Assembly: GCA_040768745.1 (NCBI GenBank)
Contig: JAXGMI010000002.1
Location: 480,001-544,000 of the forward strand
Reading direction: 5' to 3'
From: Desulfomicrobium sp.
GTDB taxonomy: Bacteria; Desulfobacterota; Desulfovibrionia; Desulfovibrionales; Desulfomicrobiaceae
Length of the DNA stretch: 64,000 bases
Within the stretch, counting starts at the first letter, position 1, and each line of letters starts with the position of its first letter. Positions 10,218-20,677 of the stretch are shown here, one piece after another. Position numbers and translations under genes: made by a program. Under the pieces are notes generated by a model, which was not told the origin of the DNA, ran no database searches, and saw only the letters and a program-made list of their open reading frames with translations.

Positions 10218-11216
10218 ATGAAAAAGCTTATCCCGGCCTTGCTTGTTCTCGCCTGCATGCTTTGGACCGGCAACAGATCTGAAGTTCATGCAGCCTACCC
10301 CTACGACAAACCCATCAATCTCATCGTTCCATTCGGCCCTGGCGGTGCGGTGGACATTGCTTCCCGCATCCTTTCCGACTATTTCCAGCAAAATTACAAG
10401 ATCACCATTAACGTGATCAATAAAACTGGTGGCGGACAGGCCGTAGGCCTGAACGAAATGCTGCACGCCCGGCCGGATGGCTACACGATGGCCTTCCCTG
10501 GTTTCGGCGGCCCTTCGGTGACTACCAAACTGAGCAACGTCGGCTTCACCCACAAAGACCTGAAACCCGTCGCCCAGATCACTGTCATGGAACTGGTCTT
10601 TGCTACCAGCGCGAGCTCGGGCCTGGACACCTTCGCCAAGTTCCTCGAGCGGGCCAAGAGTGACTCCGCCAACACCGTTTATGCCACAACTGGGGCCATC
10701 ACCACCCAGCGCCTCTATCTGACCAAGTTGCTCGATCGCTTCCATAAAGACATCCAACTCCGCCACACGGCGTACGGCAGCGGGCACGAAGTGAGTACCG
10801 CCCTGCTCGGAAAACACATTACGGCCGGATTCCAGGTCCCCACCAATGTGCTGCCCTATGTGGAGTCCGGGGATTTCAAGGCCATCGCCATCTCACGCGC
10901 CGAACGTAGCCCCGACCTGCCCGATACGCCAACGTTCCGCGAACTCTATGCCGGACAGCTCAAGCCTGAAGACGAAAAGTGGATCGACCTCGGATCCTGG
11001 CACGGCCTGGTCACGTCAAACAAGGTTCCCGATGAGAATATTGCCGCCTTCCAGCCCTTGCTTCTCAAAGCATTGCAGGACCCCGACGTGATCGCCAAGT
11101 TCAAAAAGGTGGGTCTGTCCATCGACTACCTCGGGCCGAAGGAATTCGGCGAGGTCATTCAAACCTCGTCCGACCTTGTGGACGAGATTCTCGCCGGCCG
11201 CAAATCCCTGGACTGA
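10218..11216 (+). CDS. tctC: Tripartite tricarboxylate transporter substrate-binding protein (TctC/Bug)
   Basis: Signal peptide, PINLIVPFGPGGAVDIASR, PDGYT and PDTPTFRE. Confidence 0.9.
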   Translation: MKKLIPALLVLACMLWTGNRSEVHAAYPYDKPINLIVPFGPGGAVDIASRILSDYFQQNYKITINVINKTGGGQAVGLNEMLHARPDGYTMAFPGFGGPSVTTKLSNVGFTHKDLKPVAQITVMELVFATSASSGLDTFAKFLERAKSDSANTVYATTGAITTQRLYLTKLLDRFHKDIQLRHTAYGSGHEVSTALLGKHITAGFQVPTNVLPYVESGDFKAIAISRAERSPDLPDTPTFRELYAGQLKPEDEKWIDLGSWHGLVTSNKVPDENIAAFQPLLLKALQDPDVIAKFKKVGLSIDYLGPKEFGEVIQTSSDLVDEILAGRKSLD

Positions 11217-11225
11217 TCCAAGTGC

Positions 11226-11260
11226 AGTGCGGGCGCAGAAAAATGCGCCCGCACTCTTTC
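11226..11260 (+). terminator. Stem-loop between tctC and tctB (partial terminator or mRNA stabiliser)
   Basis: Perfect 12-bp stem AGTGCGGGCGCA-gaaaaa-TGCGCCCGCACT with a weak U tail. Confidence 0.6.
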
Positions 11261-11309
11261 CGGTCAGACAGGTCAGATCGTCAAGGGTCCGGACAACAAG
11301 GAATTCACC

Positions 11310-11786
11310 ATGAAGAACAAGACGGATTTTTTCTGCAGCTTGGCTCTGCTCGCAGCCTGTGTTCTGCTTGGACACCAGATCTGGCTGCTGCCCGCACCTG
11401 CCTCTAAAGCCATCATCACTGCAGCCACGTTCCCCACCTGGATCATCAGCTTCATGACGTTATTGTCCTGCGTGCTGCTGTTCAAAAGTCTGTTCGGGGC
11501 CAAGGGACGCGGAGACTGGCCGGAACGACCGATTTTCATTCCCATTCTCATGATGGGACTGCTCATTCTGGCCTATATCGCCGGCTTCATCCTACTCGGC
11601 GACTATGCCATGCAAAACGACTTCCCCGAAGGAACCGGGTTTGTGATCACCACGTGGCTGTTCCTTGTCGCAGCCCAGTACATGGCCAGATACCGCCACC
11701 TGGTGCGCGTCCCGTTGATCGCCACAGCCATGACGGCAGGCATGTTCACGGTATTCTCCGTTCTGTTCAAAGTCCCACTCCCCTAA
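11310..11786 (+). CDS. tctB: Tripartite tricarboxylate transporter small membrane subunit
   Basis: Small hydrophobic protein ending FSVLFKVPLP, between tctC and tctA. Confidence 0.85.
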   Translation: MKNKTDFFCSLALLAACVLLGHQIWLLPAPASKAIITAATFPTWIISFMTLLSCVLLFKSLFGAKGRGDWPERPIFIPILMMGLLILAYIAGFILLGDYAMQNDFPEGTGFVITTWLFLVAAQYMARYRHLVRVPLIATAMTAGMFTVFSVLFKVPLP

Positions 11787-11797
11787 GGCGGTGAATC

Positions 11798-13294
11798 ATG
11801 TTTGAAACCATTCTTGAAGCCGCCCGCGCGGCATGCAGCCTGGAAGCGATCGTGGCCAATTTCATCGGAACAGCGCTGGGCATCGTATTCGGAGCTCTGC
11901 CCGGGCTGACCGCCGTCATGGGCGTAGCCCTGCTCATCCCTCTGACCTTCGGTCTTGCGCCGGTGACCGCGTTCTCGGCCCTGCTCGGCATGTTCTGCGG
12001 GGCCATCTATGCGGGGAGCATCACCGCCATCCTGGTCAGCACCCCAGGTACGGCTGCGGCTGCCGCCACCATGCTCGAAGGCCCGAAATTCACGGCCCGG
12101 GGCGAATCCCTCAAGGCCCTGGATATGACGACCCTTGGTTCCTTTGTCGGGGGAATCCTCTCTTGTGTGGCCCTGACCACCGTGGCCCCGCAGTTGGCCC
12201 GCTTCGCCCTGGACTTCAGCGCGCCTGAATATTTCTCTCTGGGTCTCTTCGGCCTGACCGTTGTCGCAACCCTGTCCGAGGGCGCGCTGCTCAAAGGCAC
12301 CATCGCCGCCTGTCTGGGACTGATTATCGCCATGATCGGCATGGATCCCCTCTCCGGGGACATGCGCATGACTTTTGACCAACCCGGTCTCATCAACGGC
12401 ATAGCTCTGGTTCCTGCCCTGGTGGGTCTGTACGCCCTGTCCCAGGTGTTCGTGTCCCTGGAGCAGGTGTTCAGGGGAACTACCCTCAAACCGGCGGAGA
12501 TCTCCCGCGAGGGTTTGAGCCTGAAGGAATTCTGGCTGTACAAAAAAATCCTTCTGCTCAGTTCGGCCATCGGCATCTTCATCGGCATCGTCCCGGCCAC
12601 CGGGGCAGGCACAGCCTCTTTTGTGGCCTATGGCGAAGCCAAACGCATGTCCAAAAACCCGGAACAGTTCGGACACGGCTCCCTGGAAGGCTTGTGCGCC
12701 ACGGAAACGGCAAACAATGCCGTGACCGGTGGCGCGCTGATCCCACTTCTGACCCTGGGCGTGCCAGGGGACGTGGTCACGGCCGTCATGCTCGGAGCGC
12801 TCATGATCCAGGGCATAACCCCTGGGCCCTTGCTGTTTCAGAACCAGGCTCCCCTCGTCTACGGCATCTTCATCGCCCTGTTCATCTCCAACATCTTCAT
12901 GGTGTTGATGGGGATGTTCACCGTGCGTCTGTTCTCCAAAGTGGTGCTCATTCCCGGAGGGATTCTCCTGCCCCTGGTGACCACCCTGTGCGTGGTCGGA
13001 GGCTATGCGCTGAACAATTCCAATTTCGATCTCGGGGTGATGGGCGCCTTCGGCGTGCTCGGATATGTCATGATCAAGGCCCGGTTTCCGCTGGCCCCCC
13101 TGCTTTTGGCCATGATCCTCTCGGGGATCATTGAAACCAACTTCCGCCGCGCCCTGGACATTTCCAACAACGATTTCAGCGTATTTTTCACCCGGCCCAT
13201 CTGCGCGGCGTTCATTGGCATCAGCGCAGTCATCCTGCTGAACCTGCTCCGCAAGCAGTTTTTCAAGAAGAACGTCATCCCACTCAACAATTAA
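11798..13294 (+). CDS. tctA: Tripartite tricarboxylate transporter large permease
   Basis: GALPGL..MGVALLIP, GSITAILVSTPGT, ETANNA and IPLLTLGVPGD. Confidence 0.95.
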   Translation: MFETILEAARAACSLEAIVANFIGTALGIVFGALPGLTAVMGVALLIPLTFGLAPVTAFSALLGMFCGAIYAGSITAILVSTPGTAAAAATMLEGPKFTARGESLKALDMTTLGSFVGGILSCVALTTVAPQLARFALDFSAPEYFSLGLFGLTVVATLSEGALLKGTIAACLGLIIAMIGMDPLSGDMRMTFDQPGLINGIALVPALVGLYALSQVFVSLEQVFRGTTLKPAEISREGLSLKEFWLYKKILLLSSAIGIFIGIVPATGAGTASFVAYGEAKRMSKNPEQFGHGSLEGLCATETANNAVTGGALIPLLTLGVPGDVVTAVMLGALMIQGITPGPLLFQNQAPLVYGIFIALFISNIFMVLMGMFTVRLFSKVVLIPGGILLPLVTTLCVVGGYALNNSNFDLGVMGAFGVLGYVMIKARFPLAPLLLAMILSGIIETNFRRALDISNNDFSVFFTRPICAAFIGISAVILLNLLRKQFFKKNVIPLNN

Positions 13295-13393
13295 ATGAGC
13301 AGGACGCTCACATGGCCGCATCTGCCTGCGCCCTTGCGCAATTTTGAAACTTGAAACATTTTCTCCATCCAGATCCTGATACAAGGACGGGTT

Positions 13394-15040
13394 ATGCCGA
13401 AAGCAACACATATCTACCACAACGGCGTCATCCTGACCATGGACTCCCGGGCGTCCATAGTCACCTGCCTTGCCGTCGCCAACGATACAATCCTGGCCGT
13501 CGGCTCCGAAACCGAGGTGGCCCCGTTTGCGGATGAGGAGACCGTGCTCATCAATCTGCAAGGTCAGTTCATGATGCCCGGTTTTTACGACTGCCACAGT
13601 CATTTCATGCGAGCCGGCATGTACGCTGAGTTCTATCTCGACGTGAATGCCCACCCCATAGGCTCTGTGCGTGAAATGAATGATATCCGCCGACTTGTTC
13701 GGGACAGGGCCGTGACCCTGTCTCCAGGTTCATGGATCCTCTGCGCCGGGTACGACGACACGGCCATGCAGGAGGCCAGACATTTCACCCTGGCCGAACT
13801 GGACGCCATGGCCCCGGACCATCCCCTCTTTCTGCGGCACATTTCCGGACATCTCGCCCTCTGCAACAGCAAGGCCTTCGCCGCCGCCGGGATCACAGGG
13901 GAAACCTTGAACCCGCCCGGAGGGTTGTTCCGCCACGATGCGGACGGACATCTGACCGGGTTGGTCGAGGAGCCCGCCGCCATGGAGATGCTCCTGGAAG
14001 CCGCCCCGGCCATGACCGATGAAAAATGGCGTACCTCCGTGATTCGCGCCACCAACGACTATATCGCCAAAGGTGTGACCACTGCTCACGACGGGGGCGT
14101 GACCACCTCCATGTGGAAGAATTACATGGCCGCGCACAAGGAGGGACTGCTCAAGAACCGCGTTCAGCTTCTCCCCAGGCATGGAGGCTTTGACTTCCGC
14201 CTGGCTCCGACCACCAAATGCGGCACCCCCCTGACCAAGGACAACCAGTTGACCCTCGGTGCGGTCAAATTGTTTCAGGACGGCAGTATCCAAGGGTATA
14301 CCGGATACCTTTCCACTCCGTATCACAAGGTCATCGAGAATTGTTTTCCAGACGGCCCTCTGTGGCGCGGCTATCCGATCTATCCATTGCATGAGGTTGT
14401 GGATTTGGTCACAGCGTACCATCGGGCCGGCTGGCAGGTTGCTGTTCACGGCAACGGCGACAATGGCATCGGCGACATCCTCACAGCGTTCGAGGAAGCC
14501 CAGAAAGCCTATCCCCGGGCCGATGCCCGACATATCATCATCCATTGTCAGACCGTGCGCGAGGACCAACTCGACAGCATCAGCCGCTTGGGTGCAGTGC
14601 CTTCTTTTTTTGTAGTGCACACCTACTACTGGGGGGACCGTCACCGGGACATTTTTCTCGGGGAGGAGCGGGCCGCACGCATCAACCCTCTGCACAGCGC
14701 TCTCAAACGCCGCATTCGGTTCACGAACCACAACGACACCGCAGTTACACCCATGGATCCCATTCTTTCAGTGTGGTCGGCCGTCACCCGGAAGACAAGC
14801 AGCGGAAAGACCCTCGGTCAACAACAGAGGATTCCTGTCCTGGATGCACTGCGCAGCGTCACGACCTGGGGCGCGTACCAGTTCCACGAAGAACATCTCA
14901 AGGGAAGCCTTGAGCCTGGTAAACTGGCGGACATGGTCGTTCTGGACAAAAATCCTCTGGAGATCGAACCAGAGAGCATCCGCGATATATGCGTGCTGGC
15001 AACCATCGTCGGTAACAATCTCGTATACGGATCCATTTGA
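13394..15040 (+). CDS. Amidohydrolase, Amidohydro_3 / YtcJ-NfdA-like
   Basis: PGFYDCHSH, KLFQDGS, HGNGD, IHCQ and GSLEPGKLADMVVL. Confidence 0.9.
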   Translation: MPKATHIYHNGVILTMDSRASIVTCLAVANDTILAVGSETEVAPFADEETVLINLQGQFMMPGFYDCHSHFMRAGMYAEFYLDVNAHPIGSVREMNDIRRLVRDRAVTLSPGSWILCAGYDDTAMQEARHFTLAELDAMAPDHPLFLRHISGHLALCNSKAFAAAGITGETLNPPGGLFRHDADGHLTGLVEEPAAMEMLLEAAPAMTDEKWRTSVIRATNDYIAKGVTTAHDGGVTTSMWKNYMAAHKEGLLKNRVQLLPRHGGFDFRLAPTTKCGTPLTKDNQLTLGAVKLFQDGSIQGYTGYLSTPYHKVIENCFPDGPLWRGYPIYPLHEVVDLVTAYHRAGWQVAVHGNGDNGIGDILTAFEEAQKAYPRADARHIIIHCQTVREDQLDSISRLGAVPSFFVVHTYYWGDRHRDIFLGEERAARINPLHSALKRRIRFTNHNDTAVTPMDPILSVWSAVTRKTSSGKTLGQQQRIPVLDALRSVTTWGAYQFHEEHLKGSLEPGKLADMVVLDKNPLEIEPESIRDICVLATIVGNNLVYGSI

Positions 15041-15282
15041 TGGGGGTGACTTGAACGTGGGCAATATTCTGCAATCACCTTCTAACCCGCCTGGGGAGGA
15101 ATGACGAGCCGGCCCCTTGGCAGCATGACAGTGGTCAAGACCGCATGCACGGCTGCATCCTGTCCCCGTCCCCAGGTCTACAGAAGATGCTTGACATCCG
15201 GACAGGTTCATACATGGATGGCCCTTGAGGCTTTCGGACTGGATGAATCAGGTCAGCAAACGCTGGCAATGGATCGTAACCC

Positions 15283-15933
15283 ATGCAAAAACACCGTATC
15301 GTCATCGCGGAAGACCACGCCCTGTTTCGCGACGGACTCAACTCCCTCATCAGCTCCAGGCCCGATTTGGAGGTTGTGGGCGTGGCTGGAGACGGCATCG
15401 AGGCCATCCGGCTGGTGCAGGAGAAGAAACCTGCGCTGCTGCTCCTGGACCTATCCATGCCCAATCTGGGTGGAATTGAGGCTCTCAAGAAGATCAAACA
15501 GATATCCCCCGCTACCAAGGTTCTCGTCGTCTCCATGCACGCCACGGAGACCTACCTCAGGGCCGCGCTCAAGGCCGGAGCCAATGGATACCTGCTCAAG
15601 ATGGCCGACCAGAACGAATTTCACGTTGCCATTCAGGCCGTCCTCGCCGGAAGGGCCTACATCAGTTCCGAATTCGCCAGCCATGTGCTCGACGTCTATC
15701 GCCATTTGGAGGAGCCGGAACAGTCATCCCTGGACATCCTGACGATCAGGGAACGCGAAGTGCTCAAACTTGTGGCCGAGGGAAAAACCAACCGAGAAGT
15801 AGCGGAGCTGCTCTGCATCTCACCCAAGACGGCCGACAACCACCGCACCAACGTCATGCGCAAGCTCGACCTGCATCGGGCCATTGACCTCAGCAATTAT
15901 GCCCGACAGCACGGGCTGCTGTTGGAAAAATAA
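15283..15933 (+). CDS. NarL/LuxR-family response regulator
   Basis: Receiver domain (IAEDH, LDLSMP, YLLK) plus LTIREREVLKLVAEGKTNREVA helix-turn-helix. Confidence 0.95.
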   Translation: MQKHRIVIAEDHALFRDGLNSLISSRPDLEVVGVAGDGIEAIRLVQEKKPALLLLDLSMPNLGGIEALKKIKQISPATKVLVVSMHATETYLRAALKAGANGYLLKMADQNEFHVAIQAVLAGRAYISSEFASHVLDVYRHLEEPEQSSLDILTIREREVLKLVAEGKTNREVAELLCISPKTADNHRTNVMRKLDLHRAIDLSNYARQHGLLLEK

Positions 15934-15949
15934 CCAAGCGGAAAAAACA

Positions 15950-17542
15950 GTGCGCCAGTTGTCGACATGCCTGATCATCTTGCTCCTCCTCTGCTGCACA
16001 AGGCAGGCTGCGGCAGAACCCGTCAGACCGGTCCATGGCGGCCGGCTCGTGGTGGCCCTGAACAACATTCCTGCTCACTTCAACCCGGCCGTGCACTCGG
16101 GGCTCCTGACCGGCCTGGTCGGATCCCAGATTTTCGCAGGCCTCATCAGGTGTGACCGCCAAGGTCAGCCCCATCCCCATCTTGCCAAATCCTGGGAGTA
16201 TTCCGAAGACGGTCTCGTACTGACACTGCATCTTCGGGAAGACGCCGTTTTTCATGACGGGGCTCCCGTCAGTGCGCAGGATGTGGTTTTTTCCATCCAG
16301 ACCGTGCAGCGCTTCCATCCGTTCACGCCCATGCTAGAGGCCATCGACACAGTGGAGGCCCCGGACGACCATACGGTCATCGTCCGCCTGCGCCACCGTC
16401 ACCCTGCCCTGCTGAAGATTTTTACCGCGACTCTGACTCCAATCCTGCCCGCACATATCTACGGGGACGGCCAGAACATCCGCACGCATCCCGCGAACTG
16501 GAACGCCGTTGGTTCCGGACCATTCCGCCTCACGGCCTACCAGCCTGGACGTCGCATCGTTCTCCAACGATTCAATGACTATTTTCTCGGGGGACGGCCT
16601 TTTCTGGACACAGTCGAATTTGAGATTTTTCCCGGTCCCGATGAAATTCTTATGGCCATGGAAGCCGGGGAAGTTCAGCTGTCCGGCTTTTCTCCCCTTG
16701 TCGACCACCATGAACAAGCCGCCAAGACAGAACACCTGGTCGTCTCCACCGAAGGGCTGGATGGCATAGGGGCCATGCTCTGGATCGGCTTCAACCTGAA
16801 AAAGGCGCCCCTCCACGACCGCAGGGTCCGACAGGCCATCGCCCTGGCCATCGATCGGGAATTCATCGCACAGTATATACTGCGCGGGTCGTCCATGGCC
16901 ATGGACGGCCCCCTGGTGCCCAATAACCCGTTCTATGCGCCACCTGATACTCCTTCCAGGCTCGACCTCGCCGAGGCCAACCGTCTTCTGGACGAAGCAG
17001 GATACAGGCGCGATACAACCGGCAAGCGTATGACCTTGGAGATGGATTATCCGCCCAATGCAGCAAACCTCGCCCTCCCACTCATCAAATATCTCCGCCA
17101 TTCTTTGAGCCGGACAGTGGGGATCGACCTGTCCATCAGAAAAAACAGGGACGATACGGAATGGTCGAACCATGTGTCTTCCGGCAACTTTCAGTCGACC
17201 ATCGACATCGTCTTCACCTGGGGGGATCCGCTGATCGGTGTGCACAGGACATACCATTCCGCCAATATCCGTCCCGGAGTGCTGTGGTCCAACACCCAGG
17301 CCTATTCCAATCCCGAGGTTGATCAGCTTCTGGATCTGGCCGGACAGGAGGTGGACTTCATCCGCCGCAAGGAGCTCTATGCCCGATTCCAGCGTATCGT
17401 CAGGTACGATCAGCCCATGGTCTGGCTTGGGACCATGCCCTACGCCACAATCCATGACCGGCGGCTGCGGGGAGTCGGGGATTCCTACTGGGGTCTGCTG
17501 GGGCCCATGGATGAAGTGTTCTGGGCAAAGGAAACGCAATGA
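15950..17542 (+). CDS. ABC-type family 5 (DppA/GsiB-like) solute-binding protein with no adjacent permease
   Basis: Signal peptide, PHLAKSW, LREDAVFHDG, GSGPFRL and VRQAIALAIDR; GTG start inferred. Confidence 0.88.
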   Translation: MRQLSTCLIILLLLCCTRQAAAEPVRPVHGGRLVVALNNIPAHFNPAVHSGLLTGLVGSQIFAGLIRCDRQGQPHPHLAKSWEYSEDGLVLTLHLREDAVFHDGAPVSAQDVVFSIQTVQRFHPFTPMLEAIDTVEAPDDHTVIVRLRHRHPALLKIFTATLTPILPAHIYGDGQNIRTHPANWNAVGSGPFRLTAYQPGRRIVLQRFNDYFLGGRPFLDTVEFEIFPGPDEILMAMEAGEVQLSGFSPLVDHHEQAAKTEHLVVSTEGLDGIGAMLWIGFNLKKAPLHDRRVRQAIALAIDREFIAQYILRGSSMAMDGPLVPNNPFYAPPDTPSRLDLAEANRLLDEAGYRRDTTGKRMTLEMDYPPNAANLALPLIKYLRHSLSRTVGIDLSIRKNRDDTEWSNHVSSGNFQSTIDIVFTWGDPLIGVHRTYHSANIRPGVLWSNTQAYSNPEVDQLLDLAGQEVDFIRRKELYARFQRIVRYDQPMVWLGTMPYATIHDRRLRGVGDSYWGLLGPMDEVFWAKETQ

Positions 17543-20343
17543 ATCCGGCCCGAAACAGCGCGCATGAGGAGGATGCAGGGCAAACGGCAACCCTCACCCC
17601 AGGTCAACAAACCCCTGGACGGAAAACCGGCATCGGTATCTCGGCCAGGGTCACCGCCGGGTTGGCGGTGATTGTCATAGCGATGCTGGCAGCCTCGTTG
17701 ATTATCGTGTATACATTTAAAAATGCATCCAGATCCATCAAGACCATCACCTTACGCGACCTCCCCGCCCTGACAGAGACATTCAGCCTTGTTCGCCAGT
17801 CAGAACGCATGAAGGGCATCACGCCGGACCTCATCGCCGCTGAAAACACCTTCATCCGTGAAGCGCTGACCAAGGAATTCCAGGCTGGCGTTCAGCAGTG
17901 GGAAGAGCTGGTTACATCCATTTCCAAACACAGCGGCGATTCGCCACACATCAGCAACTTGATCGAACAGGCCCGCGTTCTGCATGAAAATATAGGAACT
18001 ATTTCAGAAATCATCGATAAACGCATGAAGATTGCTGATCGGATAGTCCTCCTCGATCAACGCATCCGCAGGCTGGGAGAGCGCCTGAATCGCGATTTTT
18101 CGACGGCAGAAAGCATGAATTGGGAGACCGGCCGGAAATATCAACAGTTCATGCAGGCCATGAACAGGGCGTGCATCCTGCTGCTCGTGGTCAACATCGC
18201 AACCAGTCCAGATGAACTCGAACGGCTCGAAATCCGGTTCAATGACGCCTACACAGATATGGAGCTGCGACTCAACGAAATGCCTGAAAACCTGCGGCTC
18301 CGCTTTTCGCCCATCTGCCAGGAATTTCTCCGTTTCGGCCGAGGCGGAGAAAGCCTGTTCGCACTGACCGCGCAAAATCTTATTCTTGACAAACGTATCG
18401 AGGACCAACTGATCGCCAATCAGTTTGCGTCCGACAGAATCATGGACTCCACCAACAACGTCCTGAACGACATCAGAGTCCGCATTGATTCCGAGACGGA
18501 CATCCTGGCCGGTGAGCTTGCTCTGGCCAACAATCTTTCCACGATACTCCCCGCAGTCAGCGTTGTCTGCTCGCTGATGATCATCCTCTACCTTCGGCGC
18601 TCTGTCATCGCACGCATTCTCTATCTGAATCGGACAATGATTGACCACATCAATGGAGGAACCGGTCCGATCAAGGTCGAGGGAAACGACGAGATATCGG
18701 CCATGACCAACGCGACAAACTACTTCATCAACGAAATCACGCAACGGAAGCAGCGCCTCCAGGAAAGTGAAATCAAGTACCGCAATCTGTTCGAAATGGC
18801 CCCGGTGGCCATCTACAGGGTGGACATGAACACCGGGAAAGTGCTCGACAGCAACGGATCCGCGCCAGTGGTCTTCGGGTATGCCGACAAGAAAGCCTTC
18901 TTCCAGTCGTTCTCCCATGCCGCGTGTTTCGTTGACAGCGGCCAGGGCAGGGAGTTCAGAACCCGCATCGCTCAAAACGGCCGGGTGGACGGATTTGAAA
19001 TGCGCACGTTCCGCGCCGACGGCACCTCTCTTCACCTCGTCATCTCCTCCATCGCCTATCCTGAAGGCGGTTATCTGGAATGTGCAGCCATCGACATGAC
19101 GGAAATCATTCAGGCGAGGGAGACCCTGCGTCGCTCCCATGAGGAGCTCGAACGCATCGTGCGAGAGAGGACACACGAGATCAACCAGCAAAACGAACTC
19201 TTGCGCCAGGAAATCAGGGAGCGCAGCGCAGTGGAGGCCGCCCTGCGCGAAAGCGAGGAACGGTTCCGCCTCCTGGCCGAAAATCTGAAGGAGGTCTTGT
19301 GCCTCGTGGAGATGGACTCCGGATCCCTGAGCTATGCCAATCCCGCGTTCGGAAAACTCTTCGGGATGCACGCCGACACCTTCCGCAAGAACCCTTCCCT
19401 GCTGGTGGACCGGATCCACCCCGAAGACCGGACAGCCATCCGTTCCCTTCTTTCGACGCAGTGGGGAACCGAAGCCCTGGAGACGCAGGCCGTCGAATAC
19501 CGTCTGACAACGCCCGAAGGCGAGCTGAAATGGATACTGTCCCGGATCATGCACATCCGCGACGCATCGGGAAAGATAGCCCGGGCAGCCATCATGGCCG
19601 AGGATATAACCGAACGGAAACAAGCAGAAAAAATTATCCGGGATTCAGCTCGACGCCTCAAATACCTGTCCACCAAACTCCTGGAGGCCCAGGAGGAGGA
19701 GCGACGAAATCTGGCCGCCGAGTTGCATGACAACATCGGCCCGTCACTGGGCACAGTGAAATTCGGCGTGGAGAATGTCATCAACGGGCTTGATGATGAG
19801 CGGGAAGAACAGAGAAAAATCCTTCGGACAGTCATAGGGATCGTCAAAAAGGTTGTCCGCCTCATCGGGCGTCTCCAGATGGAACTCCGCCCCTCAATCA
19901 TCGACGACCTCGGCGTGATCGAGGCTCTGGACTGGTATTGCCAAGACTACATGACCGTCTACAGCCAGATCGAGGTCCTGCGCCATATACGGACCAGCGA
20001 GAGCCTCATCCCCGAACGTCTCAAAATAGTCATCTACCGCATCGTTCAGGAAGCCTTCAACAACATTGCCAAACACAGCGGCGCGAACAGGGTTCTCCTC
20101 ACCCTGGAATCTGAAGAGAACATGCTCTCCCTCGTCGTCGAAGACAACGGATGCGGGTTCGATGCCCGTGATGCAGGCACGGGTCGTCGCAAGGGCAGCG
20201 GGCTGGGCTTGGTCAGCATGCGGGAACGCGCCGAACTCTCGGCAGGAAGCTTCAGCCTCACATCCCTTCCCGAACGGGGAACCAGGATCGAATGCCAATG
20301 GGACTGCAGGATGGTGCAGGGCCTGGAAGACAATCCGATCTGA
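17539..20343 (+). CDS. Membrane sensor histidine kinase (large helical periplasmic domain, HAMP, two PAS, HisKA_3, HATPase)
   Basis: Two transmembrane segments, EGNDEISAM HAMP, EEERRNLAAELHDNIG H-box, EAFNNIAKH, DNGCGF and GLGLVSMRERA. Confidence 0.93.
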   Translation: MNPARNSAHEEDAGQTATLTPGQQTPGRKTGIGISARVTAGLAVIVIAMLAASLIIVYTFKNASRSIKTITLRDLPALTETFSLVRQSERMKGITPDLIAAENTFIREALTKEFQAGVQQWEELVTSISKHSGDSPHISNLIEQARVLHENIGTISEIIDKRMKIADRIVLLDQRIRRLGERLNRDFSTAESMNWETGRKYQQFMQAMNRACILLLVVNIATSPDELERLEIRFNDAYTDMELRLNEMPENLRLRFSPICQEFLRFGRGGESLFALTAQNLILDKRIEDQLIANQFASDRIMDSTNNVLNDIRVRIDSETDILAGELALANNLSTILPAVSVVCSLMIILYLRRSVIARILYLNRTMIDHINGGTGPIKVEGNDEISAMTNATNYFINEITQRKQRLQESEIKYRNLFEMAPVAIYRVDMNTGKVLDSNGSAPVVFGYADKKAFFQSFSHAACFVDSGQGREFRTRIAQNGRVDGFEMRTFRADGTSLHLVISSIAYPEGGYLECAAIDMTEIIQARETLRRSHEELERIVRERTHEINQQNELLRQEIRERSAVEAALRESEERFRLLAENLKEVLCLVEMDSGSLSYANPAFGKLFGMHADTFRKNPSLLVDRIHPEDRTAIRSLLSTQWGTEALETQAVEYRLTTPEGELKWILSRIMHIRDASGKIARAAIMAEDITERKQAEKIIRDSARRLKYLSTKLLEAQEEERRNLAAELHDNIGPSLGTVKFGVENVINGLDDEREEQRKILRTVIGIVKKVVRLIGRLQMELRPSIIDDLGVIEALDWYCQDYMTVYSQIEVLRHIRTSESLIPERLKIVIYRIVQEAFNNIAKHSGANRVLLTLESEENMLSLVVEDNGCGFDARDAGTGRRKGSGLGLVSMRERAELSAGSFSLTSLPERGTRIECQWDCRMVQGLEDNPI

Positions 20344-20544
20344 GACCCCGGCCGGCACGAAGCGAACGGTCCCATGAAGTTCTCCCCTTCTCCAGATCGC
20401 CGCCATTTCGAACCCCACACCTAGGCCATCTGCGGTTCAAATACGTCGCGGGTTCTGATCCGACGAAAAACCCCCAAGCACTCCTCCATCGATTCCAAAC
20501 GCACGCCTGTCACCCAGAACACCCCAGGGCATCAAACAAAAAAT

Positions 20545-20609
20545 AAGGGAAAGTCCCTTTTTCGCCGGGGTGATGACCCCATTTCCTAACTCTCCTTTCA
20601 TGCTAATTT
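20545..20609 (+). promoter_or_regulatory. Putative tandem response-regulator operators and extended -10 element
   Basis: AAGGGA-aag-TCCCTT (20545-20559) and GGGGT-gatg-ACCCC (20567-20580), about 21 bp apart, then TGcTAATTT (20601-20609). Confidence 0.4.
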
Positions 20610-20677
20610 GTCACAAAAGTTACAGATATTGTCTGAAATAACGATGGCGCACTGATCCCAACCAGCAGGAGGTAATC

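Noticed and set aside
11783..19623. Long minus-strand ORFs (623, 333, 418 and 539 aa)
   Set aside because: Antisense to tctA, the amidohydrolase, the binding protein and the kinase, all of which have clear family motifs
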